Below are positions 40,190 through 57,925 of a DNA stretch of 64,000 nt, piece by piece. The first letter of the stretch is position 1. Each line of letters begins with the position of its first letter. Both the position numbers and the translations under genes were made by a program. The DNA is taken from the NCBI RefSeq assembly GCF_009914755.1, contig NC_060935.1. One strand, written 5' to 3'. Source of the DNA: the human T2T-CHM13v2.0 reference genome, Homo sapiens. The notes beneath the pieces are model-generated. The model was not told the DNA's origin and ran no database searches. It worked only from the letters and a program-made list of their open reading frames with translations.

Positions 40190-42257
40190 TCCCACAGTTA
40201 TCTTCATTTAAGTGAAAAACAAAATGATATTTTAACTGAAAAAGAAAATCAAACAAAACCCTAGTATTCCTAGATATGCCTTGGTTACTTTGAGGAAAGG
40301 AAGAAGGGAGGAAAATGGAATCAGAGAGGTGGACATGTGAATTTAAATTATAATTTCTTTCTTTTAAAAGATGTGATTCAAAGTTAGCAAAATATATGAT
40401 TTAACGAAATGGGAACTATCATTTTCTGTCTTTTTAAAAAGAAGACAGAGATCAATTTGCTAGTGAGTCTTATGGCTTCTTTTCCTGATTTTCTCACAAA
40501 GCAAACATCCTTATGTAAAACTTTTATATCTACATTTCTATGAGAGTTTCCAGGATCCCCTCCACAACTCCATTCCATCTCATCCTAATTACATGCTGCA
40601 GCCAGATTAATCAGCCAAGAATCAGCAATAGAGTTCAATTCTCATTACATCAAATGTAAAAATTAGAAAGGTTGGGGTCAGATCCCAAAGGGCAAAGGAG
40701 TTTGAAACCTTCTTGGATTCAAATAGTCCCCTCTCTCTACACTTCTCTGAGCCTGGGTTTGTGCATAGGCTTAAAAAAATGGAAATAACTACCTCAAACA
40801 ATCCTTGGGAGAATTAAGAGACTTTCTACATGAAAGCATCTAGTAAGTACCATGTCTGGTACATGATCACTCATAAACACTAGTTTTCCTTCACCTATAC
40901 TTACTCACCATAGTAGCACAATACATACGCTATACTTAAGAAATCTGTTCATGGTTTCTGCATGCCTCCTGCTCAGTTTCATTTCCCTGATCAGTGTCAT
41001 TTTCCATTTTATTATTCTACTGTGCCCATTTTAAATTTTTGCCCCATATCCATTATCTATTTGTATCCTACTTACCCTTCAAGTCCCAGCTCAAATTCTA
41101 TCTCTTACAAAAAATCTTCCTGACTTTGAACTCCTATTGCCCTTAAAAGCCAATGTCAGACAGTTAACCACTTAATTTTTATTTATATTTTAAATTTTAC
41201 TTTATTATGAATTACAGTAACACATTTCTCTTATTTTAAAAATACTAATAATACAGATAAAGCTGCAGACATCATTGACCATTACTTTCATTCCCAGACC
41301 CCACCTTTAGAGGTGCCGCTTACAGCTTGTAATACATTCTTCCAGACCTTTACTACACATCTACATACTTGTAAAATGCAGTTTTGCTTTAACTCTTTTT
41401 TTACATATATGGCATCAAATTGTACATGTTGTTCTATAACTTGCTTATTTCATGTATATCTTGCACAGAGGGCCAAATACTGCATGATTTCACTTATATG
41501 AGGTATCTAAAATAGTCAAATTCATAGAATTAAAGAGTGGAATGATGGTTGCCAGATGCTGGAAGGGAAGGAGGAATGGAGAGTTGCTAAGCAAGAGGCA
41601 TAAAGTTGCAGTTAAGCCAGATGAATTCATTATAGAGATATGCTGTGCAGCACTGTACCTACAGTTAACCATACTATATTGAATACTGGAAAATCTGTTA
41701 AGAGGGTAAATCTCATGTTAAGTGTTCTTAATATGATAAAATAAAATTAAAAAAATATAAACCTATACACCTATGTATCTATATCTCTCTTTATATCTAT
41801 ATATCTTGGAGGTCCTTTTAATACATATAGAGCCATGCTATTCTTTTCACTCCAGAGTGTTCCAGTTTATGTCACCATTTATTTATTCATGGACACTTAG
41901 GCTTTTCCCTCATTTTTACCTATATAAATAATGAAATATTTCAGAGAGAAAATGACGTGAAAAAATTCTGAAGCAGAAACACAACATAAAACCATTACTT
42001 ACATTAAAGAGGTTTTCTAACAAGGTAGACATTAAAATGTCTTTGAATCAGAGAGATATGGTATTTTTCATTTACCATATTATAGTCTTCATACTCTTTA
42101 AGGCATTAAATATGACCATTTCCATTGTTTTGTTTGGTAAGATACACTCCTCATTAAATGACTTGGTGTAAAAGATCTCATGAGGATTGGTGACACTATC
42201 TCACTGCCTTCCTGTCTATTCTTCACCAGCATAGAACATTTTCTCCATTAACTCCCG

Positions 42258-42272
42258 ACACTAGAGGGCAGC
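42258..42272 (+). promoter_or_regulatory. Candidate CTCF motif in intron 1
   Basis: ACACTAGAGGGCAGC differs from CCASYAGRKGGCRS only at the first base; motif match only. Confidence 0.4.
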
Positions 42273-42829
42273 AGCCTCAGTACTAATTAGTAGTAATGCA
42301 GACCACAGTTGACTAATGAAAACAATACTCCTTCAGTAAAATCTGCACTAAATTACTAATCAACCTTTTATTTTGAGGGAAAATATTTCTAAAAAGCCAA
42401 ACAGACATAAATTAGGTAAAAACAGGTTTCTCCATGAGACAAGCCAATTGTGCTGTCTCTCCAAAAGGAAGGATGAAAGAATTCTGATTTAGATTATCCA
42501 GGGATTATCATTGAAATCTAAGCTAATGTAACCAGGTGTGATGGCTTGTGCCTGTAGTCCCAGCCACTCCGGAAACTGAGGTGGGAGGATCACTTGAGCC
42601 CAGGAGGCTGCAGTGAGCTATGATCACACTGCACTCTAGCCTAGGTGACAGGGTGAGACCCTGTTTCTCTACAAAACAAAACAAAACAAAAACCCTGAGC
42701 TAATGAAATATAATAAGATGTATATTCTTTTGTTAATTCAATGTATCTCACAAGTAAAACCTGGAAGAATCAAATGATGATAAATTCCTTTTTATTAGAT
42801 TATCCATATTCTTTGATTTTTTTAAATAA

Positions 42830-43642
<813 letters not shown>

Positions 43643-45823
43643 CTACCTATTTTGAAAACTGTCAGGTGAGACAGGAAGAGCTTTCAAATATGAATCACTC
43701 CTTTTCAAATATATCTATGGAAAAATTACTACACTGTGTAGTTTTTCCACACCATCTTCTTTCAGTAAGCAATCTACATTTAAGGTTTCTTCATCTTTTC
43801 ACAGCTTGATAGCTCATCTCTTTTTGTGGCTTGACAGCTAATTTGTTTTAATCACTGAATAATATTTGATATGCAACAGTTTGCTTATTCATTCACCTAT
43901 TGAAGGACATCTTAGCTGTTTTCAGTTTCAAGTACATTTTTAATTTGAAGAAATAAAAGTATAAAGATTTTTGGGTCAAGATGAAAGACTTAAACACTTG
44001 TCTCCCCTCCCTGAGAACTTATTACAGTGATAGTAAAGGAACGAAAGGACTAAACCTACAATGTAAAAAGAACTGGAGGAAGGGATCAGTGGGTACTGAA
44101 GAGTAGATGCAATTTCCACGTACAAAAAGTAGCATGAAACAAAGTGCAATAAGCCCAAACCCAAAATAACTTGATAACATGTACATTTTGTTCTATAATC
44201 AAAATGAAATCTTGTCTTCAACATGGATGAACTATGAAGACATTATGCTAAGTGAAATAAGCTAGTCATAGAAAGACAAATATTGTATGATGCCACTTAT
44301 ATGAGGTACCTAGATTAGTCAAATTCATAGAAACAGAAAGCAGAATGGTGGGTGCTAGAGGCTTAGGGGACGAAGAAATGGGGAGTTATTTAATGGGTAC
44401 AGAAATTCAGTTTAGCAAGATGAAAAAGTTCTGGAGATCTGTTTTTCTTTCCTTAAGATCCATCAATTAATTGTTCAAAATGATGCCCCATTTTAGTTGG
44501 CTTCATTTTTAGACCATAACTTAACTTACTCAGCTTTGTCTTTCCTTGCTTATTTGGGTCCTTCATTCTTTCCTTCCCTCCCTCCCTTCCTACTTTCTTC
44601 CTGTTTTCCTCCTCCCTCCCTCCCTTCCTTGGGTAACTGCTTTTTCTTTTCTGTTCTTTTTTTTTTTAATGTTGTTGACCAGAAACAACACGCCATCTTC
44701 ACCATATTACTAACATCTTCCAGCTTTTTACTATTTATGGCATAGATGCTGAATTCTTTTTCAAGATATATTTCTGGAACCCCAGTGTGGATCAGTACAC
44801 TATTTTCATCTAGGATTTCTTTACATTGGATTTCTGGGGAAGTTACTCCACATCAACTTCCTCATATTTCCTATTTCCTTTTGCTATGTTTCCTCAACTT
44901 TAACGTCTATATTTTCTATTGCATTTGGCAGGGGTGGGGTGTAACGTTTTTTTCTTAATTTCCAAGAGCTCATTATTGTTTCCTGTTCCTTTTTCATAGC
45001 ATATTTCCTTATTTGATGGAATAATTGTCTTATTTAATCAAAAAACATTAAGTTCTTGTGTTCCCTGACTTAACTCAGTTTTTTTCCTGTATCCATTGCT
45101 TTACTTATTTTTCATGCAGCTTATTTCCTTTTTATAGTTTGATCGTTAGTTAGTTATTAACATCAATAGATTTTTAGCCGCTGGTACCCAACATTCTGTT
45201 TTCTGTTTCTGTGTATTTGACTACGCTAGGTACCTTATATAAGCTGGTATGGGTTTTCTCTGTTTTCATGTATACAATATGTTTTCTGCCAGTCTCCTCT
45301 TAAATAGAATGGCCAGTTGGAAGCCCTGTTTGTTAGTTGCACTTATTGTCCTGCAAACTTTGCTAGCATTAATTATATTGTTTAAACTTTTGAAATAACT
45401 AATGCTAATAGCATAACTATCAAAATTTAGGAGACATAGAGAATAGTGAGTGAATTCCCATTTTTTATAGCACAGGGATATATTTGACAGATAATATCTA
45501 AAGCTTTAAAATACATCAAGAAATAGTGCTTCTAGTATATTACTTAGTCTTTTCATGGTAACCACAAAAATAACTAAAAAGAAACTTAAAATGACTTATA
45601 AGGAGCAAACTGAGGAAAAGAAGAGGCAGTTAGGATCATTGTTTTCCATTATAATCCCTTCTGTACTATTTTTTAAAATCATAAGCATGTATTTCTTCAA
45701 AAAAAATAAATTGCAAATAAAATGATGAAAACAGGAGAAAATGTAGGAAATTTGGAAGTATAAAGAAAAAAATGAATTTGAATTCTAAAAAGAAAAATTC
45801 AAATATTCATTTATATGTACTAA

Positions 45824-46256
<433 letters not shown>

Positions 46257-48811
46257 AGCCAATAAAACAGTTTTAATGAGGGCCTTGAAACTTAGTTTAT
46301 GTTGTCACTAACATTTATTAAACATTTGGTTTATGGAGTCTACCCTAGTGATAAGAATACAGTAAAAGTCAGATGACCTAGGTTTGAGTCCCAATTTTAC
46401 CACTTAAAAGCCGTATCTCCTTTAGCAAGTCACTTTTCCTTTATGAGCTTAAGTTTCTTTACTTGCAAAATTGGGGATAACTACTACCTGCCTAACACAC
46501 TGTTGCTATGAATAGCAAATGAGACTTAACAGCATTTTACCAAAGTTGAAACACTACAAAAATAAATTCAAGGAATAAGGACTAGCATTTCCCAAAAGTA
46601 ATAAAGCCATATGTGTATACTGTGTACTCTTCATTGATTAAATGCCAAATTCAGTATTAGAAAAATGTGAACAAAAAATGTTATATAAACTAGTATTATA
46701 AAAATTGGATTGAACTAGGTGGCAGATCCAAGCTCCCATCTAAGCTCCCCAACTGGATAATGTCCACAATTTCTTTGGGTCTCTACGCAATGACCCTGGA
46801 GTAGACCACCTTTGTACAGGTATGTCATAGGTGTATTTCCCATCACATAATGATGACTTAAAAGGAAATTCACTCACCACCTTTTCTATCTGGGCTACAT
46901 TAGGAGGCACAGAAAATCATGTGAGTGACATTGGAAAAAAAACTTCTACCATTAGACTAATGTGTGAATCACTGGCTTAGATTGAAGTATTTTATTTCCA
47001 TTTTCAGGCTTTTTATAAGCCTACGCTACCTTGAACTTTACATGATACTCTTTCTCAACGCAGACCTACATTCTGAGACCACAGTGCTCTACTTGCTATT
47101 TCTTAAAATGCCGTGGCCAATTCCTGCCTCCACATCGTTGTTGATATATAGGAAGTTCAACACCTTTGTGACAGCTGCTATAGCAGGCTGAGCAGCTCTA
47201 CCCTGTGTCCCAGCTCTATTCCCCATCCAGCCACTGACCCCATCCACTTTGCCAGTGCCTAACATCTTACATATAGGACTGCTTTTAAAAAGAAAATTCA
47301 CAATGGATAAAGAACAGGACATATTATAATGAGAGAACCTGCTTCTGGGCCAGCAAAACTGGTCTATAATTTGACAGAATGTAAGAAAGCACTGAAAAAA
47401 AAAAACTAGGAAGGAGGTGAGTGACTTAGCCCTAGAGCATAGAAGGAGAGAGCACTGGTAGTAGAGTCATCTGTTTGCTGCCTGGAGGAGAAATGCCTTG
47501 ATCTAGGACTTGTTGGGTTCTAATGGTAGGACAGTCCCATTGTGGAGATGTGTGCATTTACTTATTACAGGTTGATGCTGTTAAATGTTTGTGTCATATA
47601 TCTGACTCCCTGTGATTTGATTTCATGACCACCAAAAATCTTCTTTTGACTTCTCCTATGGTGCATCTAGAAAATGCCCTGAATAGAAACAAATCTACTT
47701 AGCTATTACATCTGTACCATACATTAATAAAACATTCTGAATTCAGACATCAGTTTCTGTGGCATTGGGCACAGTGAGTACATCCTGAGACAAGGTAGGC
47801 TAACAAATTAGGCTGAAGGCTCAGGAATGGAAGGTCACATTCTGGACTTGTAAATTTACCAACAGAAAGCCACCCCTTAGAAATTACATGGAGTACCCCA
47901 AACTGCCCCAATAAACACCTGTCTTGTTGCATTGTTTTCTTTTTAACATTTACACACACACCTGTGTGTATTTAAGCCCTTCAAGACATACTAAAGCCCT
48001 TCTATGACCTGGTCTTTACACATCCTTCCAAAATTTTCTATGTACCCTGAGCAACAGCAGAAATAAAAGTTCTTAATACACACATTAAAATTTCTCTCTA
48101 TGCTTGTCATAGTTCTCCTTATGTTAGCAAGTCTAATTTTAACTAATTCTGAAAGTTCAAGCACAAATAACATTTTTTCATAAAGACTTTTCAAATACAC
48201 CAACCGAGACTAAGATTAGTAATTTTAGTGACCAACGCAAGTAGCAAATTGACCTCTAATCAATTTAAAACTTATTATATGCCTCATCTGAGTCATGAAG
48301 AATTGGTGGCATTTGGTTCCTTTTTTAATTAAATAGGTATTCATCAGGTGTTAAAATCAGTTTCTCTATGTTAAAAGACTACATATGCCATCAATATATA
48401 ATGTAAGAAATGCCATGAGTCTGATCTTATTTTACATTTCTGCACTCTAAATTTCAGTGCCCTGAGACAGTCTAGCTTACCTATAGTATCAATCTACAGT
48501 AGATACAATTTCTCCATTAAATGTATTCTCTCCTATTAAGAGAGGATCAATGAAGAAATTTATTATATTTATTAAATAATTAACAAATTACTTAATCTAT
48601 TCCTCTGTTAAGGATACTTATTACTTGCCCCTATTATTTATGCTTTTCCTTCCCTTCTATTTTCTTTAAAGATATGATCCATATCTATTTCATCTTTCTA
48701 TCTCTCACAGGTTTCAGCTAATGCCTTATATTCAGAGGCACTTTAAATACAAATTAAGAATTTATCTTCCACTTTCAATGAAGTTTTATCTTCATTATTT
48801 TTATTTTGTTT

Positions 48812-49692
<881 letters not shown>

Positions 49693-49728
49693 ATCAATCA
49701 GGAGACTCATTAGGAAAAGTACAGTTAA

Positions 49729-50235
<507 letters not shown>

Positions 50236-51464
50236 AGTTTAGACTGTAGAGGAAGAATTATTCGTCCAATATACATATGACCAATTAACACCAAATACCT
50301 CATTGTAGTTGCTTATTTGTTGGTCTTCCTCATCTGCTAACTGAGGCTTGTTGAGGGCAGGAACCCTTTCTATTTTCCTCACAAGTATTTCCTGGGTCTA
50401 ACAAGACCTAAAACACGCACTCAGCATTCAATATTTTTTTGCTGAATGAATGAATGAATAAAGTAAAAACAAAACTTTCAGAAAGTGAAGCCTTAAGGAA
50501 ATTCATTTGTACAACATAATGTCACATACTACCATACAAATTCCTTAATTCAGTGTCATTAATTCCATTTTAAATGTGCTGCCTTCTCTACTTCAACAAA
50601 GGTATTTTACGCACTTGACAAAGCAAAAGCTTGGATTATCTTCCTCTGTTGGAGCTACCAGGGACCTCTTTTACAAGTAAGATAGCTGCATTTTAATTCT
50701 GATTGTCACAAATTCATCCCAAATGCCCGCACGAGGTTTAATTACCACCACAACTTGGAGGTGGGGGCGGAGGGTGGGTGGGGAGGTGTTGGTAGAGAAG
50801 TAATGGTTAAGGCAAAAACAATCCTGTATTAAGAGTACCACATGAAACCTGGAAAACACGATTCCTTGAACAGATTAATTCCAGAAAATAGCTGCCAGCA
50901 GGAGAAAGAAGAGGTAAGCGCCTTGCCTTTCCCAAGAGCAAAAGGTGATACTAGACAATACCAGGGAGTGATAAAAGACCAGCAACTACCTAGCGACAGA
51001 AGGAGGAAACACACCAGACCAGAACTAAAGCGGATAGCGGTTAGAAACGCCCAGTAAGGGTGCCAGAAACCACTTTCAGGTATGTGGAGAAGGAAGTCAA
51101 GGGAGAAAAAGGGAAAGGAAATCGTTGTTTAGGGTATAACTTACAATGATGATGATTTTTTTTTTTTTTTTTTTTTTTGAAGAAAGAGGGAAGACAGCAC
51201 TTGAAAGGAAAGAGGGTAAAGAAGAGGAAGGGAGGTTACAATTGAGAGCACTGCAGAAGGAAGCGATGCAGATGTTGCCGCCCGGCTCTGGCAGTCCGAA
51301 GGAGCAACCCCACGCATAGGTGGGTGGCAACGCCCTGCTCCGCTGCCCCCCGCTCGGTGTCCCGAGCCATCTCCTCTGCAGCCCGCGGGGCGCTGGGTGG
51401 GCACAGGAAAGAGCAGACTGTGTGGGGGAGGCGACGGCGTTTGCCGGGCTGACCAGGTACCCAC

Positions 51465-51575
51465 CTTATCCCAGCGGAGCCACTGCCCGATGGCCGTGTC
51501 CAGCTGAGGGTCCCCGGTGTGGTAGGGGGCGTGGAGCAGGTTGGAGTTCAGATCCCCCTCTGTGTTTTCAGCCAT
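51465..51575 (-). CDS. PGM2L1: PGM2L1 coding exon 1 (MAENTEGDLNSNLLHAPYHTGDPQLDTAIGQWLRWDK)
   Basis: ATG at 51575 in strong Kozak context (GTCGCCATGG) inside a CpG island; 111 nt; donor AAG|GTGGGT; peptide matches the PGM2L1 N-terminus as I recall it. Confidence 0.96.
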
Positions 51576-52223
51576 GGCGACCAGACAGGCGTACGGGCCG
51601 GGGGCCGGCGAAGACACTGAGTTGGGGTGGGGGGTGGCTTGGGGTTCGCTCACCAGGGTCCAGGCGTCCCCACCTCACTGAAGGGCATCGGAGACCAACC
51701 GCAGGGTGTTTGTAACAGCTCCTGCCGCGGCGTCAGGGAACCGGGAGAGAGGGGGTTTATGGCCGCCTGCTCCCCAGCGGACCAGGTCCGGGTCTCTGGG
51801 CGAAGTGACTGAGGCGGTCGCGCCGCGAGAGAACAACAGTCCCAGATGTCTGGGTCCTGGCTCCGCCGCCGCCGCCGCCGCCCGCCCCGCCTACGGCCCC
51901 GCCCCGCGCCTTAGGCCCCGCCCCTTCCCGCCCTTGCTGATTTAAGTCCCCGAAGTTCTAGACTGGAGCCCGGGAGCGCGCTCCCCACGCCTCCGAAGTA
52001 GTGGGGGTTTACAGCCCGTCCGGGTGGTGAGGCAATAGTGCACGGTTCTTTTTATTTTTTAATTTGCCAAGGGTCTCCTTTCCTCGATCTGCTCTCACGG
52101 CTACCACTAGCAAGCTGCCTTTGCGCTTGCCCTGCAGGTCCCCAGCGCGCGCGCAGGCCCCCAGTTTCTCTTGGGGGCACGCGCCGGTTGGGGGAGGAGG
52201 GGCAGTGCGAGCTGTCCGCGCAC

Positions 52224-52302
52224 TGCCTCACGGGAGTTGTAGTTCTTTCCTTTGTCTGAGCTCAGCGGAGACCGCCGCCGAGACTACGACTCCCAGCAGC
52301 TC
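52224..52302. promoter_or_regulatory. Two oppositely oriented ZNF143/THAP11-type ACTACAnnTCCCA motifs
   Basis: Minus strand ACTACAACTCCCGTGAGGC (52225-52243) and plus strand ACTACGACTCCCAGCAGC (52283-52300). Confidence 0.65.
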
Positions 52303-52650
52303 CGCGTTCCCCCTTTCCTCAAAAGAAAAAGATCTACCTCGAGGTAGTTCCCTACAGACACGCCCTATCCCTATTAGTTATGCTGCGCTGTGTGGCCCTG
52401 GCATTAAATTAAACAAGGAATGACATAGTAAGGGGACAAAGTGGTATCCGTTTAGTGCTGTGCAGTTTACGAATCGCGTTCTATCGCCTCAATCCCTCAG
52501 TAAGGTACAGGGGCGTAGTCCTTTTCCGTTTCACACACAAAGAAGAAACTGACTCCCTGAGACACCTCTCCTAAGAGGCCGAGTTCGTGAGCGGTCAAAC
52601 TAGGGTTCCAATCTCATTTCAGATCCCCTCAGCTGGCAGTTATTTTATTA

Positions 52651-52747
52651 GGTCGGTGCAAAAGTAATTGCTGTTTTTGCCATTAAAAATAATGGCATTA
52701 AAAGTAATGGCAAAAACGGCAATGACTTTTGTACCAATCTAATATCT
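52651..52747 (+). ncRNA. MIR548AL: mir-548al precursor hairpin (MADE1-derived); mature 3p AACGGCAAUGACUUUUGUACCA at 52715-52736
   Basis: Palindromic MADE1 (Hsmar1 MITE) with TA flanks; sequence matches hsa-mir-548al as recalled; adjacent to PGM2L1. Confidence 0.85.
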
Positions 52748-54421
52748 CTGCTGCTATAGTAAACTAGGAGGTAGGGAGAACAAGATTACTGGAAAATAGA
52801 TAAGGAAGTTGTTGAGGGAAGATGGTCGGCATTTAACCTAAATATAAGAATGTATAAGCATCACAAGATACCAAGAGCAATGGTAATGGGAATACGGAGG
52901 AAAAGGAAATTGGTTCACCCAAATTGAAATAGTCTTCCGTTACTTCTTAGCCGTCTCTCCTATGGAAAGCTCACCTAAGTTGAGGTCTGGGAAATGCTGA
53001 GAAGTGCTGACCTGTCAGCCACCTAGCTACTCCTCCGTTTCTTGGTTTGGCCTTCTTAGAATGGCTATGATTTTGGGCAAGTACATTACAACTCTTTCCC
53101 TAGTCAGCTTTTTTGTAAGGAAGGTATGATAATATTTACATCATGGCTGTACAGTAACTTAATAAATGGCATTAGGCTGCTTTGAGGTTCACAGATAAAA
53201 GACATATTAAGTTCAAAGTATTACTTTATTTCCTTTAAAGTGCCATTTACCATAATAAAATTCAAACTACCAAGGTACAAAAGGATTGTGGTACCAGTTT
53301 CTGAAAAACGTGCCATAGTTGGGAGTTGCAGTTTTTGCTAACGATTGTTTCTTTTGTGGAGTCAGCAGGACTCTTGTTCTTTTAATCACACAAGGCCTGG
53401 GCAACAGTCACGTGTCCTGGAGAGAAATTCATCTTCCACTACCATCACCATTATTATCCATGATACATATTAAACATTTACTCTCTGCTAAGCATTATGG
53501 TAGGAGCTGAGGCTACAAGAATCTATATAATTGTTCACTTCGAGAAGTAACATCTGAGGAGACAGGATATATGTAAGAAAAGAAAGCCCATGATAAATAG
53601 CAAGTGCTGCCAACAACTGTTAATGAATTTACATCTGAGGTGGTCAATGAAAAAAGCATCAAGCAGGAGGGACCTGCACTGGGCTTTCAGAAACAAAATA
53701 AACAAGTTGAGAATAAGATAGAGGATATTTCAAACCCATAGATCAGTGGTTCTCATATCTCCCTAGGAGTTTGTTTAAATTAATATTCCTGGACACTGCC
53801 TCCAGAGATTCTGAATCAATACATTGGCATAGGGCCTAGGTACCTGCATATTTGAAATATCTATTGACTGTCACAATTCAAAGTGTGATTAGGAGGACAA
53901 CTGTGCTGATGTCCTCTGGAAGCTTATTAAGAAATACAAAATTTCATACCCCAGTCCAGTTCTGCTGCATCAGAACCTACATTTTAACAAGATCTAATGA
54001 TGAGTTATATTTAAATTTGTTAAACAGTGTTTTTTATAAGACAATTCTTATTCAGTTCATTTCTGAGAAACACTACCAAATCAACAGAGCTTTCAAGACA
54101 TGGAAAAAAAGAGTCAACTAACCTTCACTTTTATCAGCAAGATCATAGCAGACATTTACTGCTTACCAGAAATCTTGCCCAGCGGATTAGATTTATTGTT
54201 TGGATGTTGGAGGGTAACCAAGGAGACCCAGAACCCATCAAATCCAACAGCAGTGTCTAAGTGTGTTCAGCAGAGGAAGTGTAGTAGTTCCCCTAGTCTG
54301 GGAAAGCTCAGAGCTTTCATTTCTGTTGGAATTTGCCCATGGCATCCTGCATTTTTATTTGCTAAGCCTGGCAACATTAACTGTGGTTATGAAAAAGAAT
54401 ATCCTTCTTGGTCCCCGTATA

Positions 54422-54997
54422 CAGTCATACATTGCTTAATAACAGGGATGTGTTCTGAGAAATGCATCATTAGGTGATTCTGTCATCTTAACATCATAGA
54501 GTATACAAACCTAGGTGGTATAGCCCACTACCCACCTAGGCTATATGGTACAGCTTATTGCTCCTAGGCTACAAACCTGTACAGTATGTTGCTGTACTGA
54601 ATACTGTAGGGGACTGTAACACAATTGTAAGCATTTGGATATCTAAACATATCTCAATATAGAAAAGGTACAATTTTTGGTATAAAAATTATGATATAAA
54701 AAATATAAAATGGCACACCTATATAGTGCACTTACCATGAATGGAGCTTGCAGGACTGAAAGTAGCTCTTGAGTGAGTAAGTGAGTGAGTGGTGAGGGAA
54801 TGGGAAGGTCTAGGACACTACTGTACACTACTGTAGACTTTATAAGCACCGTACACATTAGCCTAGGCCTACACTGGGTGAGGATCATCAAGACATCAAC
54901 TCAGTCATAGGAATTTTTCAGCCCCATTATAATGTTATGGGACCACCATTGTATATGCCGTTCTTTGACCGAAACATCCTTATGCAGCACATGACTG
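54422..54997. mobile_element. Tigger3/Golem-type non-autonomous DNA transposon
   Basis: TA-flanked TIRs cagtcatacattgcttaa ... ttatgcagcacatgactg; typical Tigger3 internal sequence. Confidence 0.8.
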
Positions 54998-55139
54998 TAT
55001 TATATTTACTACATATATATAATATAATGTTTCAAATATTACATATAATGGACCTAATATTTTAGAATCATAATATATATAACTTACCCTCCAATGATTT
55101 AGAAAAAGACCACGTGTATGTCTATACAAATATTTATTA

Positions 55140-57030
<1,891 letters not shown>

Positions 57031-57839
57031 TTAATTAAAAGACTGGAATTTCTCATTCTGTTAGGGCAGCAAGAATTTGAATTTTCATTAATATCTGGAA
57101 TTTTCTTCCCCACCCAGGCCTTATCTGGTACTTGGAAAACAGGAAGGGTCTGTAGCTCGAGTTCATTAAGGTTTCTGCAAGCATCTGCATTGTCCAGAGC
57201 CGTAGTGGTCACTGACACTGGAAGTCTGACAGCTTTCTCCCTGCATGCCATTTGTAAGCAATTACCAGGAAACTTGGTTGAGGCTAGGAACCCCAAGCCT
57301 CTGTCTAGGTTTGCCACATAGCCATCCCCTCTAAAATCTTGCCCATTCCTTGAAATGCTACCACCAGGCAGAGCTCAGGGCCTCTCTCTCTCATTACCTG
57401 CCTACTTTAAGACTTTAAATCTTGACAAAATGTATCATTCTGCTCTGTGATTGCTCTGAAAAGAGAAGTATTTTCTTATTGCTCACAAACATATTTGTCA
57501 TAAACTCTAGTAAACTCTGTTAAAAAGAGAGAGCCCAAAAAGGAAGTATCTCACAAGCAATTTTCTACTTTTAGCCTTCTTACATAAAAGCCTCGAGGCA
57601 AGGGGATACAACAAGAAGAGCAAATAAAAAGATGATTATCTTTGTGAAAGGGGGGATGGATGCAGAACATATGCAGGAATATAGTGAAGCAAGGCAAAGA
57701 ACCCAAGGTGCAAAATGTGAGGAAGCCTTTGCGCTTAGGTTTGTGAAGTGCAGGGTTGGCACCTGAGAGTCGGTGCCTCATTACATTTTTTAACACTTCA
57801 CTGAGATATAAATCACATACTATACAATTCAACCACTTA

Positions 57840-57925
57840 TTTATTTTTTATTATTATTATTTTTTATTTTTTACTGCTCCTTGCAGAGCAGGGCTAACTC
57901 ATAGGCAGTGTGCCCAGAGCCTGCC
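57840..57925 (-). mobile_element. 53-nt short retroposed element with A-rich tail and TSD
   Basis: Body 57873-57925, A-rich tail 57840-57872, TSD caattcaaccactta / cagttcacccattta (12/15 identical). Confidence 0.7.

Larger units (their letters stand above)
51270..52400. promoter_or_regulatory. CpG-island promoter / 5' UTR of PGM2L1 with clustered GC boxes (51880-51935) and a short (GCC)n tract
   Basis: Abrupt rise in GC and CpG density around exon 1; repeated CCCGCCC boxes; (GCC)6 at about 51863-51882. Confidence 0.9.

Noticed and set aside
46760-47480. Stretch of more balanced composition in intron 1 that might be an ancient element or enhancer
   Set aside because: I could not recognise a family, ORF or structure; it needs Dfam and conservation searches.
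51141-51653. 170-aa ORF spanning PGM2L1 exon 1
   Set aside because: Only 37 codons are exonic; the rest is 5' UTR (GTG start) and read-through into intron 1 past a good donor.
51863-51882. (GCC)n tract as an expansion-type repeat
   Set aside because: Only about 6 units, common in CpG-island promoters.
51320-52423. Plus-strand GC-rich ORFs over the CpG island
   Set aside because: Expected from stop-codon scarcity in GC-rich DNA; no recognisable domain.
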